NCBI GenBank assembly: GCA_035536095.1
Contig: DATLOT010000026.1
Coordinates: 8,244 to 72,243 of the forward strand
From: Gammaproteobacteria bacterium
GTDB taxonomy: Bacteria; Pseudomonadota; Gammaproteobacteria; DSM-16500
Direction of reading: 5' to 3'
DNA length: 64,000 bases
The notes under the pieces are model-generated. The model was not told the DNA's origin, ran no database searches, and was given only the letters and a program-made list of their open reading frames with translations. Positions 11,680 to 22,943 of the stretch are shown in pieces. Made by a program: the position numbers and the translations under genes. Numbering within the stretch: the first letter of the stretch is position 1; each line of letters starts with the position of its first letter.

Positions 11680-12153
11680 TCAGAGATATTCTACTGAAGC
11701 AATTTCATATTGCGCTTTACCTTCCGGGGTTTGCGCATCAACAACATCACCTTCGTATTTACCGATCAATGCACGCGCAACGGGTGAAGTCACAGAGATT
11801 TTACCCTCTTTCAGATCAGCTTCATCTTGACCAACGATTTGATAACGAATGGTCTTTCCGTTTTCATCTATCAACTCAATTGTTGCGCCGAAAATAACCT
11901 TGCCATCATTTTCAATCTTTGTGATATCAATCACCTGCGCAAGCGATAGCGCCGATTCAACTTCTTTAATACGGCCTTCTATAAAGCCCTGACGCTCTTT
12001 AGCAGCGTGATATTCGGCATTTTCCTTCAAATCACCATGCGCACGCGCTTCTGCGATAGCATTGATAATATTTGGGCGCTCAACTCTCTTCAGTTGATCT
12101 AGTTCCATACGTAACTTCGCCTCGCCTTGTACTGTCATAGGTACTTTAGACAT
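11680..12153 (-). CDS. greA: Transcription elongation factor GreA
   Basis: '[16 protein letters not shown]', '[14 protein letters not shown]'. Confidence 0.97.
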   Translation of the reverse strand: MSKVPMTVQGEAKLRMELDQLKRVERPNIINAIAEARAHGDLKENAEYHAAKERQGFIEGRIKEVESALSLAQVIDITKIENDGKVIFGATIELIDENGKTIRYQIVGQDEADLKEGKISVTSPVARALIGKYEGDVVDAQTPEGKAQYEIASVEYL

Positions 12154-12162
12154 AACGACCCC

Positions 12163-13305
12163 CTACAATTTCATCTCTTCAAAAAATTTCTTCACTCTGT
12201 TAAACCATGAATCAGATTTTGGATTGTGTTTGTTGTTTGCTGAAATCGTTTTTTCAAACTGCGCTAACAACTCCTTTTGCTTGGCCGTCAAATTAACAGG
12301 CGTTTCAATTTGCACTCTACACATTAAATCGCCTTTATCACCTCCTCTCACAGAAGGCACACCCATTCCTTTGACTTTAAATATCTTGCCTGTTTGCGTC
12401 TCCGGTGGAATTTTCAACTTCACCCGCCCATGAAGCGCAGGCACTTCTAATTCGCCCCCCAACGCCGCTGCGATAAAGCTAATGGGCACTTCACAATACA
12501 AGTTTTTGCCGTCTCGTTCGAATAAATCATGCGACTGTACTTCTATCTGGATGTAAAGATCGCCAGACATCGCGCCAGATTCACCCGCTTCCCCTTCACC
12601 TGCTAGGCGAATACGATCACCTGTATCAACACCTGGTGGGATTTTAACAGATAATTTCTTTTGTTGCTTCTGTCGACCACGACCGTGACATGCCGTACAA
12701 GGGTTTTTAATCACACGACCTTTACCCAAACAAGTTGGACAAGTTTGTTGTACACTGAAAAAGCCTTGTTGCATACGGACCTGACCATAGCCAGCACAGT
12801 CGGCACACGTCACAGGTGCAGCACCTGCTTTTGCGCCAGAACCATGGCATTCTTCACAAGTTGCTAATGTTGGCACAGTCACTTCAGTCGTTTTACCAAA
12901 AACAGCGTCTTGCAGGCTAACACTTAATGTGAAATAAAGATCAGATCCCCGTTGCGCACCCCCTCGGCTGCGCCCTCTTCCACCAAAAATATCACCAAAA
13001 ACATCGCCAAAATCACCGAAAACATCTCGGAAATTCATACCGGCACCACCAAATCCACCTGCAGCACCACCTAAGCCGGCATGCCCAAATTGGTCATAGA
13101 GAGCGCGACGACTGGCATCAGAAAGCACTTCGTACGCTTCTTTGATTTCCTTAAACTTTTCTTCGGCTACTTCATCATTCGCATTACGATCGGGATGATG
13201 TTTCATCGCAAGGCGACGATATGATATCTTAATCTCTTCTTCGCTTGCGTTACGCGCAACACCCATTACTTCGTAATAATCACGTTTAGACATACTATCC
13301 ACCAC
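12163..13305 (-). CDS. dnaJ: Chaperone DnaJ
   Basis: J domain with HPD, G/F region, four CxxCxGxG motifs. Confidence 0.98.
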   Translation of the reverse strand: MVDSMSKRDYYEVMGVARNASEEEIKISYRRLAMKHHPDRNANDEVAEEKFKEIKEAYEVLSDASRRALYDQFGHAGLGGAAGGFGGAGMNFRDVFGDFGDVFGDIFGGRGRSRGGAQRGSDLYFTLSVSLQDAVFGKTTEVTVPTLATCEECHGSGAKAGAAPVTCADCAGYGQVRMQQGFFSVQQTCPTCLGKGRVIKNPCTACHGRGRQKQQKKLSVKIPPGVDTGDRIRLAGEGEAGESGAMSGDLYIQIEVQSHDLFERDGKNLYCEVPISFIAAALGGELEVPALHGRVKLKIPPETQTGKIFKVKGMGVPSVRGGDKGDLMCRVQIETPVNLTAKQKELLAQFEKTISANNKHNPKSDSWFNRVKKFFEEMKL

Positions 13306-13311
13306 TATACA

Positions 13312-13341
13312 AATAAACCCCTCATTGTATTCAATGAGGGG
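13312..13341 (-). terminator. Hairpin/terminator between dnaK and dnaJ
   Basis: CCCCTCATTG-4 nt-CAATGAGGGG then TTTATT on the minus strand. Confidence 0.65.
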
Positions 13342-13373
13342 TACTTTTTAAGATCAACTCAACACGAATAACT

Positions 13374-15329
13374 TTAGTTACCGTTCTTGTCATCCTTCAC
13401 TTCTTCAAACTCTGCATCAACCACATTATCGGCTTTTTTCCCAGCGTCATCAGCGCCACCGCCTGCATGTTGTTGCTGCTGCTCAGCACCACCTGGCTGC
13501 TGACCTTGTGCATATGCATGTTCAGCCATCTTGTTAGAAACATCCATTAAGTCCTTTGTTTTGGCTTCAATTAACGCTTTATCATCTGATTTCATCGCTT
13601 CTTTTAATCCATCAATTGCGCGTTCAATCGCTTGCTTTTCGTCAGCAGAAACTTTGTCGCCAGATTCTTTTAACATCTTACTCACAGAGTGAACCGTATT
13701 ATCCGCTTGATTACGTGCAGCAACTAAATCATGCAGCTTGCGATCTTCATCCGCATGCGCTTCTGCATCTTTTACCATCTTCTGAACTTCTGCTTCGCTT
13801 AAGCCAGAAGAAGCTTGGATTTTGATCTTCTGCTCTTTGCCCGTTGTTTTGTCCTTAGCAGACACATGCAAAATACCATTGGAATCAATGTCGAAAGTGA
13901 CTTCCACTTGCGGCATACCACGCGGCGCAGGTGGGATATCATCCAAATTAAAACGACCCAGCGATTTATTCGCACTGGCCATCTCTCTTTCACCCTGCAA
14001 AACATGGATAGTCACAGCTGTTTGATTATCTGCAGCTGTTGAGAATATCTGAGAAGCACGTGTTGGAATGGTCGTGTTTTTCTCAATGAGTTTTGTCATC
14101 ACACCACCCATTGTTTCGATACCGAGGGAAAGCGGCGTCACGTCTAACAATAGCACGTCTTTGACAGAACCAGATAACACCGCGCCCTGAATCGCTGCAC
14201 CCATTGCAACAGCTTCATCAGGATTCACGTCTTTGCGTGGATCTTTACCAAACAGCTTACGTACCACTTCTTGCACCATCGGCATGCGCGTTTGACCGCC
14301 GACTAAGATCACATCATCAATCTTTGCAACATCTAAATTCGCATCCTTCAGTGCAATTTTGCAAGGCTCAACGGTTCGCTGAACCAAATCTTCAACCAAA
14401 GATTCCAATTTTGCACGGGTTATTTTAATGTTTAAGTGCTTAGGACCTGTTGCATCAGCCGTGATATAAGGCAAATTCACTTCTGTCTGTTGCGTGGAAG
14501 ATAACTCTATTTTTGCCTTTTCAGCAGATTCTTTTAAGCGCTGTAGGGCTAAGGGATCATTGCGCAGATCAATCCCTGATGAGCCTTTGAAATCATCAAT
14601 CAAGTATTGCATCACGCGTTGATCGAAGTCTTCACCACCTAAGAAGGTATCACCATTTGTAGATAACACCTCAAACTGCTGCTCACCATCCACAGAAGCA
14701 ATTTCAATAATGGAGATATCAAATGTACCACCCCCTAAGTCGTAAACAGCAATTTTACGATTACCAGGATTTTTATCCATACCAAAAGCAAGCGCTGCTG
14801 CTGTTGGTTCGTTGATAATGCGCTTCACTTCTAAACCAGCGATACGACCTGCATCCTTGGTTGCTTGGCGCTGAGAGTCGTTAAAATAAGCAGGTACTGT
14901 GATCACAGCTTCAGTCACAGAATGCCCCAAATACGCTTCAGCATCTCGCTTTAACTTTCCTAACACTTCAGCAGAAATTTGAGGGGGCGCCAGTCGCTTA
15001 TTGTCTAAAACACTGACCCATGCGTCGCCATTATCTGCTTCGACAATGCTGTAAGGCACTGTTTTCTGCATCGACTTTACCACTTCTTCTTGAAAACGAC
15101 GACCAATCAAGCGCTTTGCGCCGTATATCGTATTTTTTGGATTTGTCACCGCTTGGTGTTTGGCCGGTTGACCAACACGAATTTCATTATTATCCAAGTA
15201 ACCAACAATAGAAGGCGTTGTTCTTGCACCTTCTGCATTTTCAATGACCTTAACATTACCGCCATCCATTACAGAAACACAGGAATTTGTCGTACCTAAG
15301 TCAATACCAATTATCTTATTATTCGCCAT
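13374..15329 (-). CDS. dnaK: Chaperone DnaK
   Basis: '[13 protein letters not shown]', '[11 protein letters not shown]', 'DAEFEEV' tail. Confidence 0.99.
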   Translation of the reverse strand: MANNKIIGIDLGTTNSCVSVMDGGNVKVIENAEGARTTPSIVGYLDNNEIRVGQPAKHQAVTNPKNTIYGAKRLIGRRFQEEVVKSMQKTVPYSIVEADNGDAWVSVLDNKRLAPPQISAEVLGKLKRDAEAYLGHSVTEAVITVPAYFNDSQRQATKDAGRIAGLEVKRIINEPTAAALAFGMDKNPGNRKIAVYDLGGGTFDISIIEIASVDGEQQFEVLSTNGDTFLGGEDFDQRVMQYLIDDFKGSSGIDLRNDPLALQRLKESAEKAKIELSSTQQTEVNLPYITADATGPKHLNIKITRAKLESLVEDLVQRTVEPCKIALKDANLDVAKIDDVILVGGQTRMPMVQEVVRKLFGKDPRKDVNPDEAVAMGAAIQGAVLSGSVKDVLLLDVTPLSLGIETMGGVMTKLIEKNTTIPTRASQIFSTAADNQTAVTIHVLQGEREMASANKSLGRFNLDDIPPAPRGMPQVEVTFDIDSNGILHVSAKDKTTGKEQKIKIQASSGLSEAEVQKMVKDAEAHADEDRKLHDLVAARNQADNTVHSVSKMLKESGDKVSADEKQAIERAIDGLKEAMKSDDKALIEAKTKDLMDVSNKMAEHAYAQGQQPGGAEQQQQHAGGGADDAGKKADNVVDAEFEEVKDDKNGN

Positions 15330-15371
15330 TTTTTTCTCCCGTTTAAAAACAACATACGTCTGACTTTAAAA

Positions 15372-15399
15372 GATAAGGGCAATTCTCTCTTTTTCAATG
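15372..15399 (-). promoter_or_regulatory. Putative sigma32 promoter for dnaK
   Basis: Minus strand CATTGAAA-12 nt-CCCTTATC resembles CTTGAAA/CCCCATNT. Confidence 0.55.
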
Positions 15400-15439
15400 C
15401 CCAAACCAAAAATTTACTATATTACTATTTAACAACAAG

Positions 15440-16024
15440 TTACTCCGCAGCTTGAGACACCACAACCAATGCAGGTCGCACTAATCTGTCATTAAGCAGG
15501 TATCCTTTCTGCAATACAGAGACAACTGTGCCTGGTGGAACGTTATCTGCAGGCTGCATAGAAATCGCTTGCTGTGTATCCGGATTAAAAGGCTGAGAAA
15601 GCGGGTCAACTTGCTTCACACCAAATTTCTCAATCGCCGCGTAAAATGTTTTCAGCGTTAACCGCACACCCTCTAATACAGCATGCGCGATAGCATCTTC
15701 GGCAGCAGGATTCGTAATACTTAAACAAGCCTCCAAGCTGTCAATCACTGGTAAAAGCTCGTTTACAAACTTCTCCAGCGCGTATTTGTGTGCATTGGCA
15801 ACATCACGCTCTGTGCGACGTTGCGCATTCTCAAGATCTGCCTGCATACGCAAAATGCGATCCCAATGCTGATCTCGCTTGAGAAGCGATTCTTCCAGCT
15901 GCTTTTGCAGCTCCTCGACGCTGAGCGTCTCGGTAGCAGTCTCAGCAGTCTGAGGCTCACCTTCATTCAGATGATCCTCTGTATGTGTAGTGTGCTTACT
16001 AGACACAGGTGTCTCCTTATTCAA
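15440..16024 (-). CDS. grpE: Nucleotide exchange factor GrpE
   Basis: 'LRMQADLENAQRR', 'VLQKGYLLNDRLVRPALVVV'. Confidence 0.97.
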   Translation of the reverse strand: MNKETPVSSKHTTHTEDHLNEGEPQTAETATETLSVEELQKQLEESLLKRDQHWDRILRMQADLENAQRRTERDVANAHKYALEKFVNELLPVIDSLEACLSITNPAAEDAIAHAVLEGVRLTLKTFYAAIEKFGVKQVDPLSQPFNPDTQQAISMQPADNVPPGTVVSVLQKGYLLNDRLVRPALVVVSQAAE

Positions 16025-16087
16025 CTTATTGATTTATAATAAAAAATAAAAAATTATAAAAATAAATTATCACTTGCTGGTATCTAT

Positions 16088-16113
16088 ATATGGACGAACT
16101 CATCACTTTCAAG
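16088..16113 (-). promoter_or_regulatory. Putative sigma32 promoter for grpE
   Basis: Minus strand CTTGAAA-12 nt-TCCATAT. Confidence 0.6.
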
Positions 16114-16147
16114 TTAGCTTAAAGACATTCTGCTAGAGGAACCCTAT

Positions 16148-17029
16148 ATGGCATCTCAATTTAAAGTAGTGGGCATCTACGGCCGCACAAAAAACCAAGA
16201 TACCACAGAGACACTGGGGGCATTGGTCGCATTCCTGCGCAGCCTCGATCAAGAAATACTCATCGACGACGAAACGGCAGAGGTGTTAGATGACCCAGAT
16301 CTCACGCGCGTTTCACGCACAGAGCTCAGTAAACGCTGCCAATTGCTGATTGTTGTTGGGGGAGATGGCAGCTTGCTGCATGCGGTGCACGCTGTGATCA
16401 ACGAGGAGATCCCCGTGCTAGGCATTAATCGCGGTCGTTTGGGCTTCCTCACAGACATTCTCCCGCAAGAACTCAACAAAATTAAAGCAATTTTAGAAGG
16501 TCATTTTATTTTAGAAAAAAGGTTCTTACTGGCTGTCACCATCGAGCATGAAGGGAAGGTCATTGGTCAAAGCAGCGCCTTAAACGAAACAACGTTAATT
16601 CCCTATGGGCTACCCCATATGAATGAATTTGAGATTCATATCAACGATAAATTTCTTTGCAGCCAGCATTCAGACGGTGTGATCGTTGCAACACCCACGG
16701 GCTCTACGGCTTATGCGCTATCAGGTGGTGGGCCTATTCTGCACCCCGCCCTGGATGCGATGGTAATCGTCCCCATGTTCCCACACACTTTATCAATGCG
16801 TCCCATTGTCATTGAAGGTAATCAGCATATTAAAATTGTGGTATCTGCACGTAATACGGTCACCCCATGCTTAACCTGTGATGGACAAGCCTTTATGAGT
16901 GATGCACCGCCTGGCAGCCATATTCATATTAAGAAGAAACCACAGCGATTACACTTAATACATCCCACAGATTATGATTACTACGAGGGACTGCGTAGTA
17001 AATTACATTGGGGACGTAAGCCATGTTAA
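16148..17029 (+). CDS. nadK: NAD kinase
   Basis: 'GGDGSLL', 'GRLGFL', 'ATPTGSTAYALSGGGP'. Confidence 0.97.
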   Translation: MASQFKVVGIYGRTKNQDTTETLGALVAFLRSLDQEILIDDETAEVLDDPDLTRVSRTELSKRCQLLIVVGGDGSLLHAVHAVINEEIPVLGINRGRLGFLTDILPQELNKIKAILEGHFILEKRFLLAVTIEHEGKVIGQSSALNETTLIPYGLPHMNEFEIHINDKFLCSQHSDGVIVATPTGSTAYALSGGGPILHPALDAMVIVPMFPHTLSMRPIVIEGNQHIKIVVSARNTVTPCLTCDGQAFMSDAPPGSHIHIKKKPQRLHLIHPTDYDYYEGLRSKLHWGRKPC

Positions 17030-18678
17030 TACAAATAGATATCCGTGATTTTGCCACAATCGATGAATTACAGCTAAGTCTATCACCTGGTAGCACGATG
17101 ATTACCGGCGAAACAGGCGCTGGCAAATCTATTTTTATAGAAGCCATTGAGCTGGCTTTGGGTGGACGTAATGCTGGTTCTGTGATTCGACCAGGAAAAG
17201 AAAAAGCAGAAATCTCCCTCACATTTGATATCACGCATTTTCCTAAAGTCACTGCTTACCTCAAAGAATCCGACCTATACCAAGATGAGCCACTATGTAT
17301 TATTCGACGCATTATCGCACAAGATGGTCGCTCACGCTGTTATGTGAATGGCTCACCTGCTACCCTACAATGCGCCAAAGAATTAGGCGATTTATTATTT
17401 CATTTACACGGACAGCATGAACAACAAGTCTTACTCAAAGCAGACTGTCAACGTGATATGTTAGATCGCTTTGGTGATCACCTGGCACTTGCTCATCAAG
17501 TCAAAAAATTGGCTGAGCAGTATCGATCGCTGGCACAACAAATTCAAGCCATTCGCGAAAAAGAAACAGAACGCACTGACCGTATTGAATATCTGAATTA
17601 TCAATTAGAAGAATTGCGAACGATTAATTTGCAAGCAATGGAATGGGAAGCGTTGGAGGCTGAGCATTTAAAGCTAACACACGTAGATGAATTATTGCAA
17701 CTCACGCAGCAGGTACAACAATTGCTTTGTGTTGAACAGGGATTCCCACTGGCTGATCTACAGGATGCACGTAAAACGTTAGAGAGTATTCACCATTTAG
17801 AGCCAAAAGCCATTTCCTGGGTAGAGAATCTCAATTCTGCGATTATTCAACTGGCAGATTTAGAATCTGAATTAACAAATTACTTAGAAAATACAGAATT
17901 GGATCCTGAACGCCTTAAACAAATTGAGGATCGCGTGAGCCAGGTTTATAGCGTTTCTCGCAAGCATAAAATCAACCCTTCAGGATTGCATGCTTTTCAG
18001 GTGCAGCTCGAAGCAGAGTTTGAAAAACTGAACCAGAATGATATCTTGCTATCAAGTTTGCTAGACGAACAAGAAAAAACACGCCTTGAACACAAGAAAC
18101 TGGCCGACGAATTATTTACGCAGCGATCAAAATCTGCAAAAAAATTAGAGAAAATAGTCACGCAGACGATACGTTCTTTGTCTTTACCGCATAGTGAATT
18201 CACGATTTCCTTAGAAAAAGAAGAGATTGTTTTTCTCATCAAAACAAATCCGGATCAATCTTTCCAGCCTCTTTCTAAAGTTATTTCTGGCGGTGAGTTA
18301 TCGAGACTAAGCTTGAGCATGCACCTTGCGCTTGCGCATCGCACGCATATCCCGACTTTGGTTTTTGATGAAGTAGACACGGGATTAAGTGGTGCAACAG
18401 CGGAAAAAATTGGCAAACTCTTAAGAAAACTGGGAGACTCCTATCAGGTATTCTGTGTGACGCACCAACCTCAAGTTGCCGCTTGCGGGCATCAACAAAT
18501 ACTCGTTGAAAAAGAATATATCGCACAGAGCACCTATACACGCTTGCGTGTATTAACCGAAACAGAACGCACAACAGAAATTGCACGCATGTTAGGTGGA
18601 GAAACCATTACAGATAAAACACTGGCGCACGCGCTAGAAGTGTTAGAGGTTGCGCAGGTGCTGGCTGGTTCTGTTTAA
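17023..18678 (+). CDS. recN: DNA repair protein RecN
   Basis: 'GETGAGKSI', 'SGGELSR', 'VFDEVDTG', 'THQPQVA'. Confidence 0.96.
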   Translation: MLIQIDIRDFATIDELQLSLSPGSTMITGETGAGKSIFIEAIELALGGRNAGSVIRPGKEKAEISLTFDITHFPKVTAYLKESDLYQDEPLCIIRRIIAQDGRSRCYVNGSPATLQCAKELGDLLFHLHGQHEQQVLLKADCQRDMLDRFGDHLALAHQVKKLAEQYRSLAQQIQAIREKETERTDRIEYLNYQLEELRTINLQAMEWEALEAEHLKLTHVDELLQLTQQVQQLLCVEQGFPLADLQDARKTLESIHHLEPKAISWVENLNSAIIQLADLESELTNYLENTELDPERLKQIEDRVSQVYSVSRKHKINPSGLHAFQVQLEAEFEKLNQNDILLSSLLDEQEKTRLEHKKLADELFTQRSKSAKKLEKIVTQTIRSLSLPHSEFTISLEKEEIVFLIKTNPDQSFQPLSKVISGGELSRLSLSMHLALAHRTHIPTLVFDEVDTGLSGATAEKIGKLLRKLGDSYQVFCVTHQPQVAACGHQQILVEKEYIAQSTYTRLRVLTETERTTEIARMLGGETITDKTLAHALEVLEVAQVLAGSV

Positions 18679-19919
18679 CCGATTCTGTTTAACCGAGCTG
18701 CCGCTGCCGCTTCATTATCATTTGTTCCACACGGATCGCCCAGCACACGACCATTACGAGGAGAAAACAAACCAGAAAACAGCGCACGTTCAGGCGAAGG
18801 GGGTAATGCCTCTACAGCAGAAACGAATACCCGCAAAGCTGTTACAAATCGTTTCTCTATCTTCATTAATTCTACCCTGGCTTTTTGGTAATTAGGGTCA
18901 ATTTTAAGCACTTTTAAAAAAGCTTCATATGCCTCACCCATCTGACAGAGCCACTCATGCATAATGGCTTTGTTATACCAAGCTCGTGCGTAGCCAGGAT
19001 CTTGCGCAACAGCAAATTCATAGAAAGGTAATGCTGCTTTATACGCCCGCACCTTGGCATTTTTATTACCCTCATCCGTATATTCCACCGCATTTTCTCT
19101 GCTTATCCAATCAACTTTTCTCACTGCACCTTGATCATGGATGAACGAAGCACCTCCATCACGCTCATCACTTACACGTAACTTCTGGATTAACGTCGGA
19201 TGAAATTTAAGTAAGAATTCAGGGTAAGCATCTGAAGGCATTATATTGACCGTCGTTATCCCAAGCATTTTACAAGTACCAGCATTACCCAATCCATCTA
19301 TAATCATGTACTTTTGACTGCTTAACATGCGAGATGATAATAATTCCTCTATTTTTTTAGCTTTTTTTACATTTCGCTTTTCTATTACTTCTGTAGCCCA
19401 CACCACGTCTTTAGAAAAAGAGTTTTCACTACTTCGTAAAATATCGACAGCTCTATTATCTTCCATTTCCTCAATTCTCGAAAGATAGCCACTGAATGGA
19501 ATAACTGCGACCCCGCAAAGACGGAGCATTATCGCAAATACCAATAGTTCAAGGGAGTGGGAAGGACAAGGAAAAGAAGATTGCTTTTGTATCTCTTTTG
19601 CAACTGAGTAACAAGTATCGTAGTCAGAACCCACAAACGACCTTGGAAGACGCGTTCTCTCGTCGGTCACAACACCAGGAAAATGCGCTTCATTAAATGG
19701 AACAAAAACAACCACTTTATTTCTCACCAAATAGTCTATGAGCAGGAATGGAGAACTTGACATATGCTGAAGAAACCGCTTATCTTGGACAACCACACCC
19801 AAGCACACCCCTCTATCGCTATCCATTCTGCGACACAACATACGATCAAATCTATCAAACATAGTTAAATCCTCGCTTATTTTTTTAGTGGCGGCGTACT
19901 CTAACACAGATCCCAGCAT
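18675..19919 (-). CDS. Hypothetical protein with C-terminal TPR repeats
   Basis: 'AVAQDPGYARAWYNKA...AYEAFLKVLKIDPNY' TPR pattern; N-terminal region not recognised. Confidence 0.7.
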   Translation of the reverse strand: MLGSVLEYAATKKISEDLTMFDRFDRMLCRRMDSDRGVCLGVVVQDKRFLQHMSSSPFLLIDYLVRNKVVVFVPFNEAHFPGVVTDERTRLPRSFVGSDYDTCYSVAKEIQKQSSFPCPSHSLELLVFAIMLRLCGVAVIPFSGYLSRIEEMEDNRAVDILRSSENSFSKDVVWATEVIEKRNVKKAKKIEELLSSRMLSSQKYMIIDGLGNAGTCKMLGITTVNIMPSDAYPEFLLKFHPTLIQKLRVSDERDGGASFIHDQGAVRKVDWISRENAVEYTDEGNKNAKVRAYKAALPFYEFAVAQDPGYARAWYNKAIMHEWLCQMGEAYEAFLKVLKIDPNYQKARVELMKIEKRFVTALRVFVSAVEALPPSPERALFSGLFSPRNGRVLGDPCGTNDNEAAAAARLNRIG

Positions 19920-19929
19920 CGATCAACAC

Positions 19930-21231
19930 TTACAATCCTATCGCCCATTGCCAGGCAGGGAATACTTCGATTATTCCTGATGATACTTTTATTGTTTCAC
20001 GGTGGTTTAGTGTAATAAGATAAGATTTTTTGAGCCCACATTCACTCATCGCAATCTCTAACGCCCTCACTTCTCTTCCGTATGTTTCTTTATTTTCCAC
20101 ACTGAGAGAAACTTGATACAACGCATACTCGCCAAGCAGTGAGGTGACAATAAAGTCAACTTCATAATTATTTTTTGTGCGATAATATTCAACTTTTAAA
20201 TGCGATTTTCGCAGCTTTATATACACAAAATTTTCTAACAGATGCCTCCAGTCAGACTGAAGACGATAGATAAAAGCATTCGCCAATCCCGTATCTATCA
20301 AATAAATTTTTTTCGGATTAGTCCGCCTGATGCGTTCTGAACGAGAAAAAATAGGAACAGGAAACACCAAATAAGCATCAGCCAAATAATCAAGGTACTC
20401 ATATAAAGCGTTTTTAGTACAATGGATACCTTGAGATTTTAAATCATTATAAAATTTATTTACACTGAATTGTGTCCCTGGAGAAGCAAGCAAACAACGA
20501 ACCATAGCACGCAAAGTATGGATATTTGAAACTTGATGCCTCTCCACAATATCACGCAATACCACAACATCAACATATTCTTGTAGTATTCGTATGCGAT
20601 ATTCATCAGCAACTGTTTGCACCTCGGGAAATCCACCCTGCACCAGAAATTGTTTGAATCGATTAGCAAGTAAAGCACGTTTTTGAGCACCTATATGCGC
20701 TGAAAATGTCATATCAGGGTCCATAAAAGTAAGAAATTCCCTATAGGAAAAAGGGAATATTTCTGTTGCAATTGACCGGCCACGAAGCGATGTGGCTATC
20801 TCTTTACTCAACAATTTCGCAGAGGAACCTGTTAAAACAAGATGGACATTTTCCGTGTCAACAAGCCGCCTAATAAATTTCTCCCACCCTGCTACATTTT
20901 GAATTTCATCAAAAAAGAAATAGCATTTCTGATTTTTTAATTCAGGATAGAGACGATAGTAAACGATCGGAATAAGCTGTAGCTGTTGAACCGTGAATGG
21001 CAAAAAACGTTCATCATCAAAGTTAATATAGAGAAGACGCTCTTTAGCAATGCCCGATTCTAATTTTTCCCACATATTCTGGAACAAAAAAAAGGTTTTT
21101 CCTGAGCGTCGCATGCCGATGATTGTGTCAATTTTTCCAGTCAATTCAGGCATCTCTGCTTCGCGCGGCACCAAATCAGGTAGCGGGCGCTCATGAAAAT
21201 CATGGATAATTTGCTCGAGTAACTCTTCCAT
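19930..21231 (-). CDS. AAA+ ATPase (AAA_14 / DUF4143 type)
   Basis: 'GMRRSGKT', 'FFFDEIQNV', 'LTGSSAKLL', 'KKIYLIDTGL', 'LENFV', 'EVDFIV'. Confidence 0.88.
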   Translation of the reverse strand: MEELLEQIIHDFHERPLPDLVPREAEMPELTGKIDTIIGMRRSGKTFFLFQNMWEKLESGIAKERLLYINFDDERFLPFTVQQLQLIPIVYYRLYPELKNQKCYFFFDEIQNVAGWEKFIRRLVDTENVHLVLTGSSAKLLSKEIATSLRGRSIATEIFPFSYREFLTFMDPDMTFSAHIGAQKRALLANRFKQFLVQGGFPEVQTVADEYRIRILQEYVDVVVLRDIVERHQVSNIHTLRAMVRCLLASPGTQFSVNKFYNDLKSQGIHCTKNALYEYLDYLADAYLVFPVPIFSRSERIRRTNPKKIYLIDTGLANAFIYRLQSDWRHLLENFVYIKLRKSHLKVEYYRTKNNYEVDFIVTSLLGEYALYQVSLSVENKETYGREVRALEIAMSECGLKKSYLITLNHRETIKVSSGIIEVFPAWQWAIGL

Positions 21232-21366
21232 TTCTATCTCTAAAAAAAGGAAACTATAAATCCATTCTATCTCTAAAAAAGAGAAAGATCAAGACTATGC
21301 CATCCTCACGCATGGCAGCAACATGCGACCCCTGTAACACATTGATATTTCAATGAAAATCAACCT

Positions 21367-21777
21367 CTACTGGCACGCCTGACAAACACCATAAATATTC
21401 AAGCTATGATCCGTCATCACATAACCCGACTTCTTAGCAATGGCCTCCTGGCGAGCTTCTATCACTTCATCAACAAACTCTTCTACTTTCCCGCACTTCA
21501 CACACACCAGATGGTCATGATGTCGACCGCTATCTAGCTCAAACACAGACTGCCCAGACTCAAAATAGTGCCGGATCACAAGCCCTGCCTCTTCAAATTG
21601 CGTGAGCACACGGTACACCGTCGCCAACCCTGTGTCGTCACCAGAGGCGACAAGCAGCCGATAAATATCTTCCGGACTTAAGTGGCGCTCTTTGGCATTT
21701 TCTAAAATCTGTAAAATTTTCAGACGAGGCAACGTTACCTTCAGACCCGCTTTTTTTAAATCTTCATTGTCAGTCAT
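21367..21777 (-). CDS. fur: Ferric uptake regulator
   Basis: 'LKKAGLKVTLPRLKIL', 'GLATVYRVL', 'HHDHLVC'. Confidence 0.98.
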   Translation of the reverse strand: MTDNEDLKKAGLKVTLPRLKILQILENAKERHLSPEDIYRLLVASGDDTGLATVYRVLTQFEEAGLVIRHYFESGQSVFELDSGRHHDHLVCVKCGKVEEFVDEVIEARQEAIAKKSGYVMTDHSLNIYGVCQACQ

Positions 21778-21855
21778 TGCTTACTCCTTTCGCTATTTTT
21801 TGCATTTCTCTTCGGTTATACTGGCGCCCATTCGTACGGTACACGGAGAGCATGA

Positions 21856-22161
21856 ATGTATAAATTGATCATATGCTGTATTACAACACTAATACTCACA
21901 GGTTGCAGCTTATTCCAAGTCCATAAAATGGACATTGAACAAGGCAACGTGATCACCACCGAAGAAGTCCATCGACTCCACCCTGGCATGACAGAAGCAG
22001 ATGTCAAACGCGTGATGGGAGAACCTGTTTTTGTCGACATTTTCAGCGAAGATCGCCTAACTTACCTCTATACCTTCAAACAAGGTCATGGCACCCAAAG
22101 AGAAACGCGCGTCATATGCTTATTTCAGCATGGCAGACTACAGAGAATCAGCACGACCTGA
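21856..22161 (+). CDS. bamE: Outer membrane assembly lipoprotein BamE
   Basis: Lipobox LTGC, 'DIEQGNVI', divergent from fur. Confidence 0.92.
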   Translation: MYKLIICCITTLILTGCSLFQVHKMDIEQGNVITTEEVHRLHPGMTEADVKRVMGEPVFVDIFSEDRLTYLYTFKQGHGTQRETRVICLFQHGRLQRISTT

Positions 22162-22170
22162 GGGTAAAGG

Positions 22171-22458
22171 TCAACGCTTTCTGATGACCTTTCGGTTTGC
22201 TCTAACGCGTCTTGCTACTTTAGGATCAATGAGAAGTGGTCTGTAAATTTCAATACGATCACCATCTTCAAGCTCATCTTCTAGCTTTCGCACTTTACTG
22301 AATACGCCTACCTGATACTCTGTCGTCATTATCTCTGGAAACCGTGTAAATACGCCAGATTGTAGAATAGCTGCCTTTACTGTTGTACCTTCTTTCACTT
22401 CCATAGGCAACACATGCTGCTTTTCTGCGTTAGCAAAAACGACTTCGATGTTTAACAA
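22171..22458 (-). CDS. ratB: RnfH/RatB ubiquitin-like protein
   Basis: 'VGVFSK', 'GDRIEIYRPLLIDPK'; likely TTG start at 22458 after GGAGG. Confidence 0.9.
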   Translation of the reverse strand: MLNIEVVFANAEKQHVLPMEVKEGTTVKAAILQSGVFTRFPEIMTTEYQVGVFSKVRKLEDELEDGDRIEIYRPLLIDPKVARRVRANRKVIRKR

Positions 22459-22898
22459 ATTTCTGTACCTCCATACAATTCTGCCGCGCGCTTGCAAAAC
22501 GCTTCTACCAGTGTATTTGCAATATGCTGAAAAACCGGCTGAAACAGTTTATCAATCAAATGCCCTGTAAATTCAAATTCTAAATCTAACGTGATTTTAC
22601 AGGCGTATTCTTCTAAGGGAATGAACTCCCATGTCCCTTGAAGACGTTTTAATGGTCCATCCACTAACTGAATTTCCATACGTTGATCAGGAAACAATCT
22701 ATTTTGTGTTGTAAAATTTTTACTCACTCCCTTCCAATGCACCTCTAGAGAGGCCACGACTTCTTCTTCTGTGCGCTTGATGATGTGACTCCCGCTACAC
22801 CAAGGCAAAAATCTGGGATAGTCCTCGATTGTGTTGACCAGTTCATACATCTGGCGAGCACTATGGGGAACGATCGCATTTCTTTTTAACGTATGCAT
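22452..22898 (-). CDS. ratA: RatA/PasT (START/Coq10 fold)
   Basis: '[19 protein letters not shown]', 'AFCKRA'; start trimmed to MHTLKR. Confidence 0.92.
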   Translation of the reverse strand: MHTLKRNAIVPHSARQMYELVNTIEDYPRFLPWCSGSHIIKRTEEEVVASLEVHWKGVSKNFTTQNRLFPDQRMEIQLVDGPLKRLQGTWEFIPLEEYACKITLDLEFEFTGHLIDKLFQPVFQHIANTLVEAFCKRAAELYGGTEIC

Positions 22899-22943
22899 AA
22901 ACAACATTTCCAACTTTCGAAGTTTGACATTATACTGCCAAAC

